The notes: generated by a model not told the origin, from the sequence alone. 61,991 nt of DNA, filler included, from Nitrospinota bacterium (GCA_030620925.1; 15 parts of 15 records of this genome joined end to end with filler, not necessarily neighbours in it); one strand, 5' to 3'; positions 51,461 through 61,322 are shown, counted from the first letter of the whole stretch. Translations and numbers: made by a program.

Positions 51461-52402
51461 TCAGAGCCGGGAAGTGAGCAGGTGGTAGAAAAGGGGGAGC
51501 ATGATTTCGTGGTGTCCGATGAAGCTGTACCCCCTGCCGCTGTCGGCCGTGGGCCTCTGCACCACGTTCCGCTGCGGGCGATAGTGCTGGACCATGTCCA
51601 TGTTAACGGTGACGAAATCCTCTACGCTGTGCCCCAGGTTTCTGGCCAGGGTGAGCGCTTTGAGGAAAATCTCCGGCAGAACCACGGCGGAGCCTATGTT
51701 GAAATAGCATCCTCCGTCGCCCAGTTCTGTGAGCAGCGAGGCCAGCAGCCTGAAATCCCAATGGGTGGCGCTTCCCAGCAGAGCGGGGTCTGTGGAAGGG
51801 TGCATGTGAGTGGTGTCCGTGCCCAGGGCCACGTGGACGGTTACGGGGACTCCCGTGCGATGGCCGCAGGCCATGATGCTCTGTTTTTCGTGGGGCAGAC
51901 TCCGCAGGTGGATATCCTGTCCCAGGGCGGCGCCCATGCCCGTTTCGTCAGACAAATAGGTGGAGAGGGCTTCGTTCATCATGGAGGCCGTCTCCTCCAC
52001 CATGCCGAATGTCCCCCTTCCCAGGCCCTCCTCAACTATCTCCGAGGTCTCCCCTGCCAGTGCTATCTCGTAGTCGTGTATGGCTCCTGAGCCGTTGAGG
52101 GCCACCGCCGTAACTGTCCCTTTCTCCATGAGGTCTATGATCAGGGGGCTGAGGCCGCATTTAATGACGTGCGCTCCGAAAGCGAAGACCACGGGCTTGC
52201 CCCTTCTTTTCGCCTCCAGCACGTGATTGACCACATCCAGCAGCTCGCCGCCTTTGAGCAGGCGGGGGATGAGCGTTTCCAGGCGACCTCCGCTCAGGTA
52301 TTCTTCGGGCCTGACGAAATCATCCACGCTCACCTTGTGTTTCGTGTCTTTGATGGAATAGGTCTTTACTCCGGACAAATCTATGGGCTTTTTTTTATCC
52401 AT
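51461..52402 (-). CDS. Conserved hypothetical protein, deoxyhypusine-synthase-like fold
   Basis: Motifs FGAHVIKCGL, NGSGAIHDYE, VHVALGTD..HMHP, NIGSAVVLPEIFLKA, GHHEIMLP. Confidence 0.7.
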   Translation of the reverse strand: MDKKKPIDLSGVKTYSIKDTKHKVSVDDFVRPEEYLSGGRLETLIPRLLKGGELLDVVNHVLEAKRRGKPVVFAFGAHVIKCGLSPLIIDLMEKGTVTAVALNGSGAIHDYEIALAGETSEIVEEGLGRGTFGMVEETASMMNEALSTYLSDETGMGAALGQDIHLRSLPHEKQSIMACGHRTGVPVTVHVALGTDTTHMHPSTDPALLGSATHWDFRLLASLLTELGDGGCYFNIGSAVVLPEIFLKALTLARNLGHSVEDFVTVNMDMVQHYRPQRNVVQRPTADSGRGYSFIGHHEIMLPLFYHLLTSRL

Positions 52403-52418
52403 TATCCTTTCAAATTTT

Positions 52419-53903
52419 TCATCTGTTTTTTTCGACCACGCTTTTGAGATACCTGGTGGAGGATTTATCCTTGACCAGGGGGATCAATTTAACTTCCCCT
52501 CCGTAACTTTCCACGAGCTCCTTGCCCACCACTTCCTCCGGCTTGTAATCGCCGCCTTTAACCAGGTAATCGGGTCTTATTTCGCTGATCAGATTTTCAG
52601 GGGTGTCTTCCTGGAAGATTATCACGTAATCGACGGCTTCAAGCGCCCCCAGGATATATGCTCTATCCTCCTGGGTAACCGATGGTCTGTTTTCGCCTTT
52701 GAGCTTTCTCACCGAGGAGTCCGAATTGAGCGCCACTATCAGGACGTCCCCCAGGCCGGCTGCGTTCTCCAGCAGTCTGATATGCCCCTTATGGATGGGA
52801 TCGAAACAGCCGTTGGTGAACACGATTTTTCTTTCCGGGCGGCGCACTCTTTTCAGCTCCTCTTGAAGATGCCCCAGCTCGACTACCTTGCTGCCCGCAG
52901 TCCTTTCCCTGTTTTGAAAATAGTGCAATATTTCTTCCCTGGCGACCACCGAGGTCCCCAGTTTGCCCACCACGATGCCACCGGCGGCGTTCGCCGCGGC
53001 GGCGGCATCGCCAATAGCCAGCCCCCCGAAGAGGGCCATGCCGAAGACGCTGACCACGGTGTCTCCCGCACCGGTGACGTCGTAAACTTCTCTGGCCTCG
53101 GCGCCTATCCGCTCCGCTCCGCCGTCATCCGTTACCAGGGTAATGCCACGTTCTCCTCTGGTCACCATTACCGACTGGCTATTCAATCTGGCCATCAGAT
53201 CACGCGCCGCGGTTTCCAATTCTTCATCGCTGTTTATGCTCCGCTCCGTGGCCTGGGAAAGTTCTTTTTCGTTGGGGGTTATGGAGTAGCAGCCGGAGTA
53301 TTTGGCGTAGTCGTCGCTTTTGTCGCCTTTGGGGTCCACCACCACCGGCACTTTATGAAGTTTGGCCTGAAGCATGAGCTCCTTCATAAGCGAAAAGCTA
53401 AGTACCCCCTTGGTGTAGTCGGCGCAGATGATCCCGTCCACCACGGACACTGCTTCTCCCAGATGGCGGGAGAGCTTCCCGAAGGTATCATCAGGCAGCG
53501 TGTTTTTTTTCTCCCGGTCGATGCGGATGACCTGCTGACTACTGGCGATTATCCTGGTCTTGTGGGTTGTGGGTCTTTCCTGGCAAGTAACCAGCGCATC
53601 TGTATTCACCTTTTCTTCATCTAAGAGTTCTCTCAGTTTGTCCCCTTCGGAGTCATTACCCGCTGTCCCCATGAGGTGGACTTCGCAGCCCAGGGCGGTC
53701 AGGTTGCAGGCCACGTTTGCTGCGCCGCCAAGGGCGTATTCCGGTTCGCCGTTCCAGTTAAGCACCTGGACGGGCGCTTCCGGGGAAATCCTGTCCACCG
53801 TTCCCCGGACGTAGGTATCCAGCATGACGTCCCCGACGACCAGGACTCTTACCGGCTGTTCGGCGGGATTACTAGAAAAGAAGTCCTTGATGCGTTCCCA
53901 CAA
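52419..53903 (-). CDS. hldE: Bifunctional heptose-7-phosphate kinase / heptose-1-phosphate adenylyltransferase
   Basis: Motifs GDVMLD, RISPEAPV, DVTGAGDTV, TNGCFD..H.GH, LNSDSSV..LKG, VKGGDY. Confidence 0.95.
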   Translation of the reverse strand: MWERIKDFFSSNPAEQPVRVLVVGDVMLDTYVRGTVDRISPEAPVQVLNWNGEPEYALGGAANVACNLTALGCEVHLMGTAGNDSEGDKLRELLDEEKVNTDALVTCQERPTTHKTRIIASSQQVIRIDREKKNTLPDDTFGKLSRHLGEAVSVVDGIICADYTKGVLSFSLMKELMLQAKLHKVPVVVDPKGDKSDDYAKYSGCYSITPNEKELSQATERSINSDEELETAARDLMARLNSQSVMVTRGERGITLVTDDGGAERIGAEAREVYDVTGAGDTVVSVFGMALFGGLAIGDAAAAANAAGGIVVGKLGTSVVAREEILHYFQNRERTAGSKVVELGHLQEELKRVRRPERKIVFTNGCFDPIHKGHIRLLENAAGLGDVLIVALNSDSSVRKLKGENRPSVTQEDRAYILGALEAVDYVIIFQEDTPENLISEIRPDYLVKGGDYKPEEVVGKELVESYGGEVKLIPLVKDKSSTRYLKSVVEKNR

Positions 53904-53930
53904 TTTCCGATTCTCCCGATTAATTTGAGG

Positions 53931-54038
53931 CAGCCTTTACCGCGTACATGGCGCACCGCAGTGCAATACCTCGGTTTTTCCGGCGTACTCAGCGTGCCAT
54001 ACCCCAAATCCGTATGCACGGAGGTATTAGAAGGGCTG
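53931..54038 (-). ncRNA. Candidate multi-branched structured RNA leader upstream of hldE (family not recognised)
   Basis: Nested helices CAGCC/GGCTG, AATACCTC/GAGGTATT and CGTGC-ATAC/GTAT-GCACG, plus a G-U-rich hairpin at 53939-53962. Confidence 0.35.
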
Positions 54039-54052
54039 GGGGAAACCTCTAT

Positions 54053-54081
54053 ATAATAAGGTTCCCCCGGGAACTGTGCAA
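54053..54081 (-). promoter_or_regulatory. Sigma70-type promoter overlapped by an inverted repeat
   Basis: Minus strand TTGCAC-17nt-TATTAT. Inverted repeat gggggaaacct...aggttccccc spans the -10. Confidence 0.5.
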
Positions 54082-54093
54082 AACTCATTCAGA

Positions 54094-54230
54094 TTATTCT
54101 AAGTCGGAGCGTTGTTCGATGCAGTTGAGCATCTGTTCCAGCTTGTCGGGATCGAACCCGACCATGAATTCGTTGCAGGCGGTGATAACTGGAACACTTC
54201 TGGCCCCGGATACCTCTACCATCTTTTTTA
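54094..54230 (-). CDS. Glutaredoxin/NrdH-like protein, 3' fragment
   Basis: Not in the ORF track. KKMVEVSGARSVPVITACNEFMVGFDPDKLEQML (cis-Pro VP motif, then GFD). Confidence 0.8.
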
Positions 54231-54330
54231 NNNNNNNNNNNNNNNNNNNNNNNNNNNNNNNNNNNNNNNNNNNNTTAATTAATTAANNNNNNNNNNNNNN
54301 NNNNNNNNNNNNNNNNNNNNNNNNNNNNNN

Positions 54331-55765
54331 AGGGGCTGCTTGTCTCATGTTTTCGGTTTCGGATACCGGTTTAGGCATACCTGCTGATAAATTAGATTTT
54401 ATTTTTAAAAGCTTTACACAGACCGACTCTTCAACCACTCGCGAATATGGAGGAACCGGCCTCGGGCTGGCCATCAGCAAAAAGCTGGTTGAAATGATGG
54501 GAGGGCGCATCTGGGCGGAAAGCGAGGTGGGCCTTGGTAGCACCTTCCATTTCACCTCACAATTTGAGATTCAAACCGTGCCAAGACCTCAAACTTCACC
54601 GCTTCCTGTACCCCTTAAGGGGCTGAGAACTCTGATAATAGATGATACCCCTATAAACCGCTTAATTTTAAGCGAAATGCTCACTGCCCGAGGTTTGGAG
54701 GTACAAACAGCCGAGAACGGAGAACAGGGAATCGAAATGGTTAAACGAGCCGAAGAAGCGGGAAAACCCTACCAATTGTTGTTAGTAGACTCAAGAATGC
54801 CCCGAATGGACGGGTTTATGTTTTCGGAAAAACTCATCAAAGAACTGGGCACGGTAAATAAGATCATCATGATGATTACCTCTGATAACCGCCGTGGTGA
54901 TATAGCACGCGCCAAACAACTCGGGCTAGCAAACTATTTGGTCAAACCGGTTAGGTCATCCAAACTTTTAGCTGAAATAACCGAAGCTTTTGGCCGCGCT
55001 AGAGCTGTTACTGAGGAAGAGGAACAAGTGCAGAAATCCTCCGATATGGAAAAGAAGCACATGCACATCCTATTGGCAGAAGACTCGGAGGATAATCGAT
55101 TGCTCATCCAAGCCTATATTAAGCATACGGGCCATCAGATTGATATCGCAGTAAACGGCCAGGAGGCTTTAGAAAAGTTCAAATCCAAGGACTACGACCT
55201 TGTACTTATGGATATCCAGATGCCAGTGATGGACGGATATACAGCCACCAGTGAAATCAGGAAATGGGAGAGCGAAAGGGATCTGAAAACGACCCCCATT
55301 ATTGCTTTGACTGCTCATGCTATTAGAGAGGATGCTCAAAAGAGCCTCAACGCAGGGTGCACCTTCCATATCACCAAGCCCGTCAAAAAAAAGACGCTCA
55401 TGGATGTTATAAATGAGCATACTGAAAATGTGGGGACTTCGGCTTCAGAAAGCTGCTCGACGCAAGAAGGAAAAATTATAGTAAAGGCGGACGCAGAGCT
55501 CAAGGATTTTATTCCGGGATTCCTTGAGAACAGGCGCAAAGATATCGAGTCCATAAGCGCGGCCCTGAACAAAGGTGACAATGAAACAATACGTGTTTTG
55601 GGTCATCGCATGAAGGGAGCAGGCGGCGGCTACGGTTTCGACTATATCACCGATATAGGGAGGTCGCTAGAGCAGGCCTCCAAAGACGGCGAGGCAGAAA
55701 AAATTAAAGAGCTACTGGATGAGTTTTCAGCTTACCTACAGCGTGTAGAGGTAGTTTATGAATAG
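54331..55765 (+). CDS. Hybrid sensor histidine kinase, partial (HATPase-REC-REC-Hpt)
   Basis: DTGLGI and GGTGLGLAIS; two receiver domains; Hpt motif HRMKGAGGGYG. Confidence 0.93.
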
Positions 55766-55856
55766 TTCATTGAGTCCGGTGATTTTAGGTATTGATGATG
55801 ATCACGATGTATATCGTCAGCTAAAATGGTACTTTTCGGCTCTTGAAATTAAGTAA
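55758..55856 (+). pseudogene. Truncated response-regulator N-terminus
   Basis: MNSSLSPVILGIDDDHDVYRQLKWYFSALEIK*, overlapping the kinase stop. Confidence 0.45.
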
Positions 55857-55861
55857 AATAT

Positions 55862-56035
55862 TTGGCACTGGTTTGTTTAAGATCAGCAAAATTATTAAGC
55901 CTTCTTTTAGTAATGGTTGTTTTCTTCAATTCCTCCCTTGCAGTCAATATCGAATCTCTTCTCCAAAGTAAACATCATCAGGTGTCATATTTCGCATGGC
56001 TCCATGATAGCGCCTGAAATTGTAATATGCAAATA
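55862..56035 (-). mobile_element. Frameshifted C-terminal remnant of an IS3/IS481-type integrase-core transposase
   Basis: AYYNFRRYHGAMRNMTPDDVYFG, then after a 1-nt shift RRDSILTAREELKKTTITKRR. Confidence 0.6.
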
Positions 56036-56048
56036 CGCCACCGATCAT

Positions 56049-56135
56049 CTTGCCCTCGTCTACAACTGGTTCACCGAAGGGTTCGACACCGGCGACCTCA
56101 AAATAGCCGAAGCGCTCCTCAAAGATTTATCGTAA
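56049..56135 (+). pseudogene. Orphan C-terminal stub of an AAA-ATPase/adenylate cyclase-TPR type protein
   Basis: LALVYNWFTEGFDTGDLKIAEALLKDLS matches the conserved Y.WFTEGFDT.DL tail of that family. Confidence 0.6.
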
Positions 56136-56215
56136 AAAAACGCGTTTATTAATCTCCTCATTTTTTCCAAAATATCTAGATGTTGTGGTCTCAGGTTACC
56201 GCCTCATAATTTCAC

Positions 56216-56597
56216 GTCGAGTCGATGGGGGGAATTTCACCCCCCGCCGATCACAGATCCAGACGTGAACGTCTCCGCTCATCCGGCTCCTATTGTCCAG
56301 CCATACCAATGGCTTTGCTTTACTCATCGGCTCCTCCCATCACTGGTTGACCAATTCATAAAGCCGGACAATTTGGCCTCTTCGCTCCATCCCCATTACA
56401 AGAACTTCATCACTACTACGAGCTACTCCGCCCCCGTGCCTCGCATCGGTACTCTCACTCTTGTGGGGCCTCCACTTGAGTGTTTCCCTTAACATCGAGA
56501 CGACAGGTTCACAAGTTCTACACAGGAGCCTAAGCCAGAGTCACGCCACCTTTATGCCGGACGCCGCCCAGGCAGTAAGCAGGTTCCCCCTGGAGGA
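56216..56597 (-). mobile_element. Group II intron remnant (class D / RmInt1-like layout), 5'-truncated, RT ORF deleted
   Basis: Domain V GAGCCGGATGAGCGGAGACGTTCACGTCTGGATC (56289-56256). Domain VI ends GTGAAATTCCCCCC...ACTCGAC. Upstream domain motifs GATGTTAAGGGAAA and GAGAGTACCGATGC. IEP start MSKAKP lies almost directly against domain V. Confidence 0.85.
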
Positions 56598-57845
56598 TTA
56601 TTTTACCACATCCCGATTATGGAGCGGCGGTTTCAGCAGTTCTTTTAAGAACATGGATCTGCCCACCACCACCGAATCGAAACCGTATCGCAGGCGTATA
56701 TCGTCCACCACCTCGCACAGAACCTTGAGGCGTTCATGCGCGGCGATGGTGTCGGCGTTCCCTTGATCGTTGAAGAGAGACAACTGGAAGGGTGAACGAG
56801 AAAGCGGGTCCGCCGCCTGGAGGGCCACTCCGATGAGGCGCACCCTCACCCTTCGGATGAAGGCCCGCTCCAACAGCTTCCTCGCGGCCAGGAACAGGGA
56901 TTGGCCCAGGTCGGTAAGCCGGGGCAGGGTGAGGGAACGGGAGACGGTGACGAAATCCGAGTAGCGTAGCTTCAGGGTTACTCCCCGTGCAAGCAACCCC
57001 TCCTCCCGCAGGCCGCCGGCGGCGCGCTCGGTCAGGTAGTGGAGATGTGCTTCCAGGAGAGTAAGGTCCGCCGTGTCTTCCTCGAAGGTGGTCTCGCGGC
57101 TGATGGATCTGGGTGGGGTCCGTCGCCGTCGTGAAGAGCCTTCGTTGGGCGAATCAGAAGGCTCGTCGATACCTCTTGCCCGCAGGTGCAGCGAGAGACC
57201 GGTGTTCCCGAAGGCGGCCTCGAGGAGCCGCACGTCCATCCCCGCCAGGTCGCCGATGGTGTTCAGACCCAGTGTCTCAAAGCGAGGCCGGCTCTTCTCC
57301 CCCACGCCGGGCAGTTTCCTTATGGGTAGAGGGGCCAGGAAACGGGCCTCACAGCCGGGCAACACGCGTATCATGCCCTCCGGTTTGGCGCAGCCGGAGG
57401 CTATTTTAGAGACCAGCCGGCCGGTGGAGAGGCCGATGGAGGCGCTTAAACCCAACTCCTGACGCACTTCATGGTGGATGCGGTGGCAGATATCAACCGT
57501 CGGCCCCGAGAGGCGCCGCAATCCCGTGAGGTCCAGGTATGCCTCGTCGATGGAGACCGGCTCCACGACCGGCGTGTGGCGGGCCAGTATCTGATGGAAG
57601 CGCCTGGAGTAGTGGTTGTAGCTTTCCCAGTTCCCTCGCAGGAAGACCGCTTCCGGGCAGAGCCGTTTAGCAGCGGCCAGAGGCATCGCCGAATGGACGC
57701 CGAATGCTCTCGCCTCGTAGGATGCGGCGGCCACCACGCCCCGTCCCTCGGGATCACCCCCCACTATGACCGGCTTCCCGTTTAAAGAAGGGTCCAGCAC
57801 CTGTTCCACGGCCACGAAGAAGGCGTCCAGGTCTATGTGTGCAAT
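56598..57845 (-). CDS. dinB: DNA polymerase IV (Y family); first codons lost at contig end
   Basis: Motifs IAHIDLDAFFVAVE, VVAAASYEAR.FGV.SAM, SIDEAYLD, AKPEG, LPGVG. Confidence 0.95.
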   Translation of the reverse strand: MAHIDLDAFFVAVEQVLDPSLNGKPVIVGGDPEGRGVVAAASYEARAFGVHSAMPLAAAKRLCPEAVFLRGNWESYNHYSRRFHQILARHTPVVEPVSIDEAYLDLTGLRRLSGPTVDICHRIHHEVRQELGLSASIGLSTGRLVSKIASGCAKPEGMIRVLPGCEARFLAPLPIRKLPGVGEKSRPRFETLGLNTIGDLAGMDVRLLEAAFGNTGLSLHLRARGIDEPSDSPNEGSSRRRRTPPRSISRETTFEEDTADLTLLEAHLHYLTERAAGGLREEGLLARGVTLKLRYSDFVTVSRSLTLPRLTDLGQSLFLAARKLLERAFIRRVRVRLIGVALQAADPLSRSPFQLSLFNDQGNADTIAAHERLKVLCEVVDDIRLRYGFDSVVVGRSMFLKELLKPPLHNRDVVK

Positions 57846-57945
57846 NNNNNNNNNNNNNNNNNNNNNNNNNNNNNNNNNNNNNNNNNNNNTTAATTAATTA
57901 ANNNNNNNNNNNNNNNNNNNNNNNNNNNNNNNNNNNNNNNNNNNN

Positions 57946-58153
57946 CAACCATGGCCTTAAATTCTTGTCCGCTGATGAAATGATAATCCTCACCGTCCGC
58001 TTCATCCTTTCGCGGGGGTCTGGTGGTGCAGGATACGGAGCGTTCAAGGTTCGGGCACAGTTTCACCGCCTGGTTAAGGATGGTGGTCTTACCGCCGCCT
58101 GAGGGGGCGGAAACCACGAAGAGGATACCCTTTTTTTCCTTTTCGAGCAGCAT
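57946..58153 (-). CDS. gmk: Guanylate kinase, 5' fragment
   Basis: Motifs VVSAPSGGGKTT and SVSCTTRPPR..E.DG.DYHF. Confidence 0.95.
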
Positions 58154-58247
58154 AATTATCTTACCGGGCTAGACGTTTCCTGGCGGAGCATCGGTTTCCT
58201 CCTTTTCCAGGAAACCGGTTAAGATTATTTTTAGGTGCTCCAGGTGT

Positions 58248-58526
58248 CTACCCTGGAGAACCCTGACGCTTCAGTTTATCATCGTTTTCGGATGTGAACC
58301 TTTGAGCGACTGTTTCGGGTTGAATGGCGGAGAGCACTATGTGGTCGCTGTCCGTTATTATTATGGCCCTGGTCCTTCGTCCGTGCGTGGCATCCAGGAG
58401 CTTGCCGTGGTTTCTGGCCTCTTCTTTGAGCCTCTTCATGGGTGCCGAATCGGGGGCCAGGATGGCTATAACCCGCGATGCCAGTATGACGTTGCCGAAT
58501 CCTATGTTAATGAGCTCGTTTTCCAT
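58248..58526 (-). CDS. remA: RemA/DUF370 family protein
   Basis: LINIGFGN...DSAPMKRL...[23 protein letters not shown]; yicC-remA-gmk synteny. Confidence 0.92.
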   Translation of the reverse strand: MENELINIGFGNVILASRVIAILAPDSAPMKRLKEEARNHGKLLDATHGRRTRAIIITDSDHIVLSAIQPETVAQRFTSENDDKLKRQGSPG

Positions 58527-58570
58527 CGTTACCCTTTGGTTTGCAGTTTTTGCCGACGTGCTCCGCGGGC

Positions 58571-59452
58571 CTATTCGGCGTTCTGGATCTGTTGTTTCAT
58601 CTTCTCCAGCTCGCTTTTTATGTTCACTGCGGCATGCGAGGCGGCTACGTCCATCGCTTTCGACGCGGCTGTGTTAACCTCTCTGTTCATTTCTTGAAGC
58701 AGAAAATCAAGTTTTCTCCCCACGGCTTCTCCGCTGTGCATGAGTTTTTTGAACTCGGTCATGTGGCTGTCCAACCGGGCTACCTCTTCGCTGATGTCAC
58801 TCTTTTCGGCATAGATAACCACCTCCTGCTCGAGCCTCTGTGCGTCTACGTTTCCCTCATCGATAAGCTGGGTGACTCTTTCGTGAAGGCGCTGTCGATA
58901 TTCTTTTTGTATGTCCTCCTGGCGCCCTTTAATTTCCTCCGCCAGAGCCTCTATCGAGTGGAGACGAGCGGATATGTCTTCTTGAAGGGCTCTGCCTTCA
59001 TTTTCCCGCATTGCCTGGAGGGATTCTATCGCTGATTCCAGGGCGTCTGAGACGCCCGACCAGACGTCGTCCGGCTCTTCATCTTTCTCTTCCAGCTTGA
59101 GCACGTCGCGCAATTGAAGGAGCAAATTCAAGTCGACTTTACCCGAAAGCCCCAATTCTTTTTTCAGTGATTTGAGCAGATTAATGTAGGTATTGGCAAG
59201 ATCATGGTCGACTTTGAGATTTTTTTCAGAGGCGTCATTCCCGTAAGCTATCGAAACCGTAACTTCAAAACGGCCGCGCTCAAACTTCTCCTGCACCCTC
59301 CGGCGGATCAAGAGCTCGAGTGGTTTGAGTTTTCTCGGCAGTTGCACCGACACATCGCAGAACCTGTGATTAACAGACCGGACTTCCACCGCGTAGCTCG
59401 CGCCCTGATGCAGGGCTTCGCCCCTGCCGTAACCCGTCATGCTCCTGATCAT
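58571..59452 (-). CDS. yicC: YicC/YloC family endoribonuclease
   Basis: Motifs [44 protein letters not shown]. Confidence 0.95.
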   Translation of the reverse strand: MIRSMTGYGRGEALHQGASYAVEVRSVNHRFCDVSVQLPRKLKPLELLIRRRVQEKFERGRFEVTVSIAYGNDASEKNLKVDHDLANTYINLLKSLKKELGLSGKVDLNLLLQLRDVLKLEEKDEEPDDVWSGVSDALESAIESLQAMRENEGRALQEDISARLHSIEALAEEIKGRQEDIQKEYRQRLHERVTQLIDEGNVDAQRLEQEVVIYAEKSDISEEVARLDSHMTEFKKLMHSGEAVGRKLDFLLQEMNREVNTAASKAMDVAASHAAVNIKSELEKMKQQIQNAE

Positions 59453-59759
59453 GTTCCCCCTACGGTTCGAAAAGACCCCTTTTGTTTTCGTTAAAAAATA
59501 AGAGTAAATCAAAGAAAAAAACAGAAAACTCGGTTTTTTTAAATTTAATCTATCTCATGCCCATATGTCAATGGTGAATAAGACTTGAATATTTGTAAGC
59601 AAGGATACTTAATTACCGGGGGGAAGGGAATAAGGTTGAGTTATGAGCAACTTTTTGAATGCCGCCCGTGCTCGTGGTGCACGTGAAAAAGGCGTATTCA
59701 GTTTGATAGCTGGAAGATAAATCGATGGAGACCGACTCTATCCATGCGGAGAAAAGATA

Positions 59760-60890
59760 ATGATCAATAGATCGAAGGGGATAAAGTTTTTCCTGACGGC
59801 TGCGATTCTGGCAGCGGTGTCCGCTATATATATTTTCGGCGGATTACGCCTTGTCTATAGCGATCAGTGGAAGACTGATTGGAGCAAATATTCCATAGAC
59901 CGGAATGAGTTCATGCGGGGCGGCCCCCCCAAGGACGGTATACCCTCCATCGACCGCCCCCAGTTTATAAAGCCGGACGAAGCCGGATCGTGGTTGGCGG
60001 ACCGGGAACCGGTAATCAGCCTCACCATTAACGGGGATGCCAGGGCCTACCCGCTGCAGATACTCATCTGGCACGAGCTGGTTAACGATGAGGTAGGCGG
60101 TTCGCCGGTCCTGGTGAGTTTCTGACCGCTGTGCAATACCGCCGTAGTTTATAAACGGCGGCTGGAAGGCAAGACGTATGAGTTCGGCGTATCAGGCATG
60201 CTCTACAAGAGCAACCTGGTGTTGTATGACCGCCAGACCGAATCTCTCTGGATGCAGATAACCGGGGAGGCGGTAGCCGGCGGTCTGACCGGAGCCAAGC
60301 TTTCGTTGGTTCCCGCGGCCATAGTCTCGTTTAAGGAATGGCGCGACGCGTTTCCGGAGGGCAAGGTGCTTTCGAGGAAAACCGGCCACCAGCGATCCTA
60401 CGGCCGCAACCCTTACGTTGGTTATGACGAGGTGGGGCAGGCGCCTTTCCTCTATAGCGACCCGCTTGATTCCCGGCTTCGCCCCATGGAGCGAGTAGTG
60501 GCCGTGGAACAGGGTGGTATGAGCAAGGCTTATCCCCTGCCGCTGCTGAGGAAAGAGCGAGTAATTGAAGACACTGTAGGCGGCAGGCGGCTGGTTATTT
60601 TTTACTCAGCGGGAACCACTTCGGCCCTGGACGCCGATCAGATACGGGATTCCAGAGATGTGGGGGCTACGGGCGTCTACACACCCGCAGTCGATGGCCG
60701 GAAGCTGACCTTCGAAGCAGATGCCAGGGGTTTTAAAGACCTCGAGACCGGCAGTATCTGGAACATCCTGGGGCAAGCCGTTTCCGGCCCCCTGGCCGGA
60801 AAGCGCCTGACGCCGGTCGTTCACAGCAACCTTTTCTGGTTCGCTCAAGCGGCGTTCAGCCCTGAGACCGTGGTATACGGAAACCAGTGA
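59760..60890 (+). CDS. DUF3179 family selenoprotein (376 aa, Sec at TGA 60123-60125, U-P-L-C)
   Basis: ORFs 59760-60125 and 60198-60890 share a frame. Read-through gives GGPPKDGIPSID...HELVND...VSF-U-PLCNTA...FGVSGMLYKSNLVLYDRQTESLW. N-terminal signal/anchor. Confidence 0.88.
60139..60161 (+). promoter_or_regulatory. Bacterial SECIS-like hairpin
   Basis: CCGCCGT-AGTTTATAA-ACGGCGG. The loop starts 20 nt after the UGA and has GU at loop positions 2-3. Confidence 0.7.
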
Positions 60891-60908
60891 GAAGTATTCG
60901 GCTGCGGC

Positions 60909-61322
60909 TTACTTTGTATCGTAATAGCTGATGCTATTCGCTAAGTCTCGATAAAGAAAATTCGTATTTTCGCTGCCGGCAAAGATATTCGGGTGCATAT
61001 ACTTATCTCTATTCTGCTGGCGAGCTTTATCCAATAAGGGCTGATTTACGCCCTCTTCCAACTTTTGGCCGCCGATGGCAAACGGGTTGTAGACCCCGTA
61101 GGAAATGAACATGGTCCGTAAGGCGCCGTTTAGCCCTATCCCTATAGGATACAGTATCATGGCCGTCCATCCCATCGGGGAGATCATCAAACTGTCCTGC
61201 CTGTCGTTGGATAAAGATTGCGCACCTGAAGGTGATGCAGAGAGTGCTATCAATGTAATCGCTATTGTAATAATGACGGGTATCAGCCGCCCCTTTTTTC
61301 TATTACCGTTAACTCCGGGCAT
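60909..61322 (-). CDS. Hypothetical secreted or membrane protein
   Basis: Signal-peptide-like RKKGRLIPVIITIAITLIALSASPSGA. Purine-rich RBS before ATG 61322; alternative start 61337. Confidence 0.55.
   Translation of the reverse strand: MPGVNGNRKKGRLIPVIITIAITLIALSASPSGAQSLSNDRQDSLMISPMGWTAMILYPIGIGLNGALRTMFISYGVYNPFAIGGQKLEEGVNQPLLDKARQQNRDKYMHPNIFAGSENTNFLYRDLANSISYYDTK

Noticed and set aside
55917-56135. 72-aa ORF as a real gene
   Set aside because: Chimera of an antisense transposase remnant and an orphan C-terminal stub.
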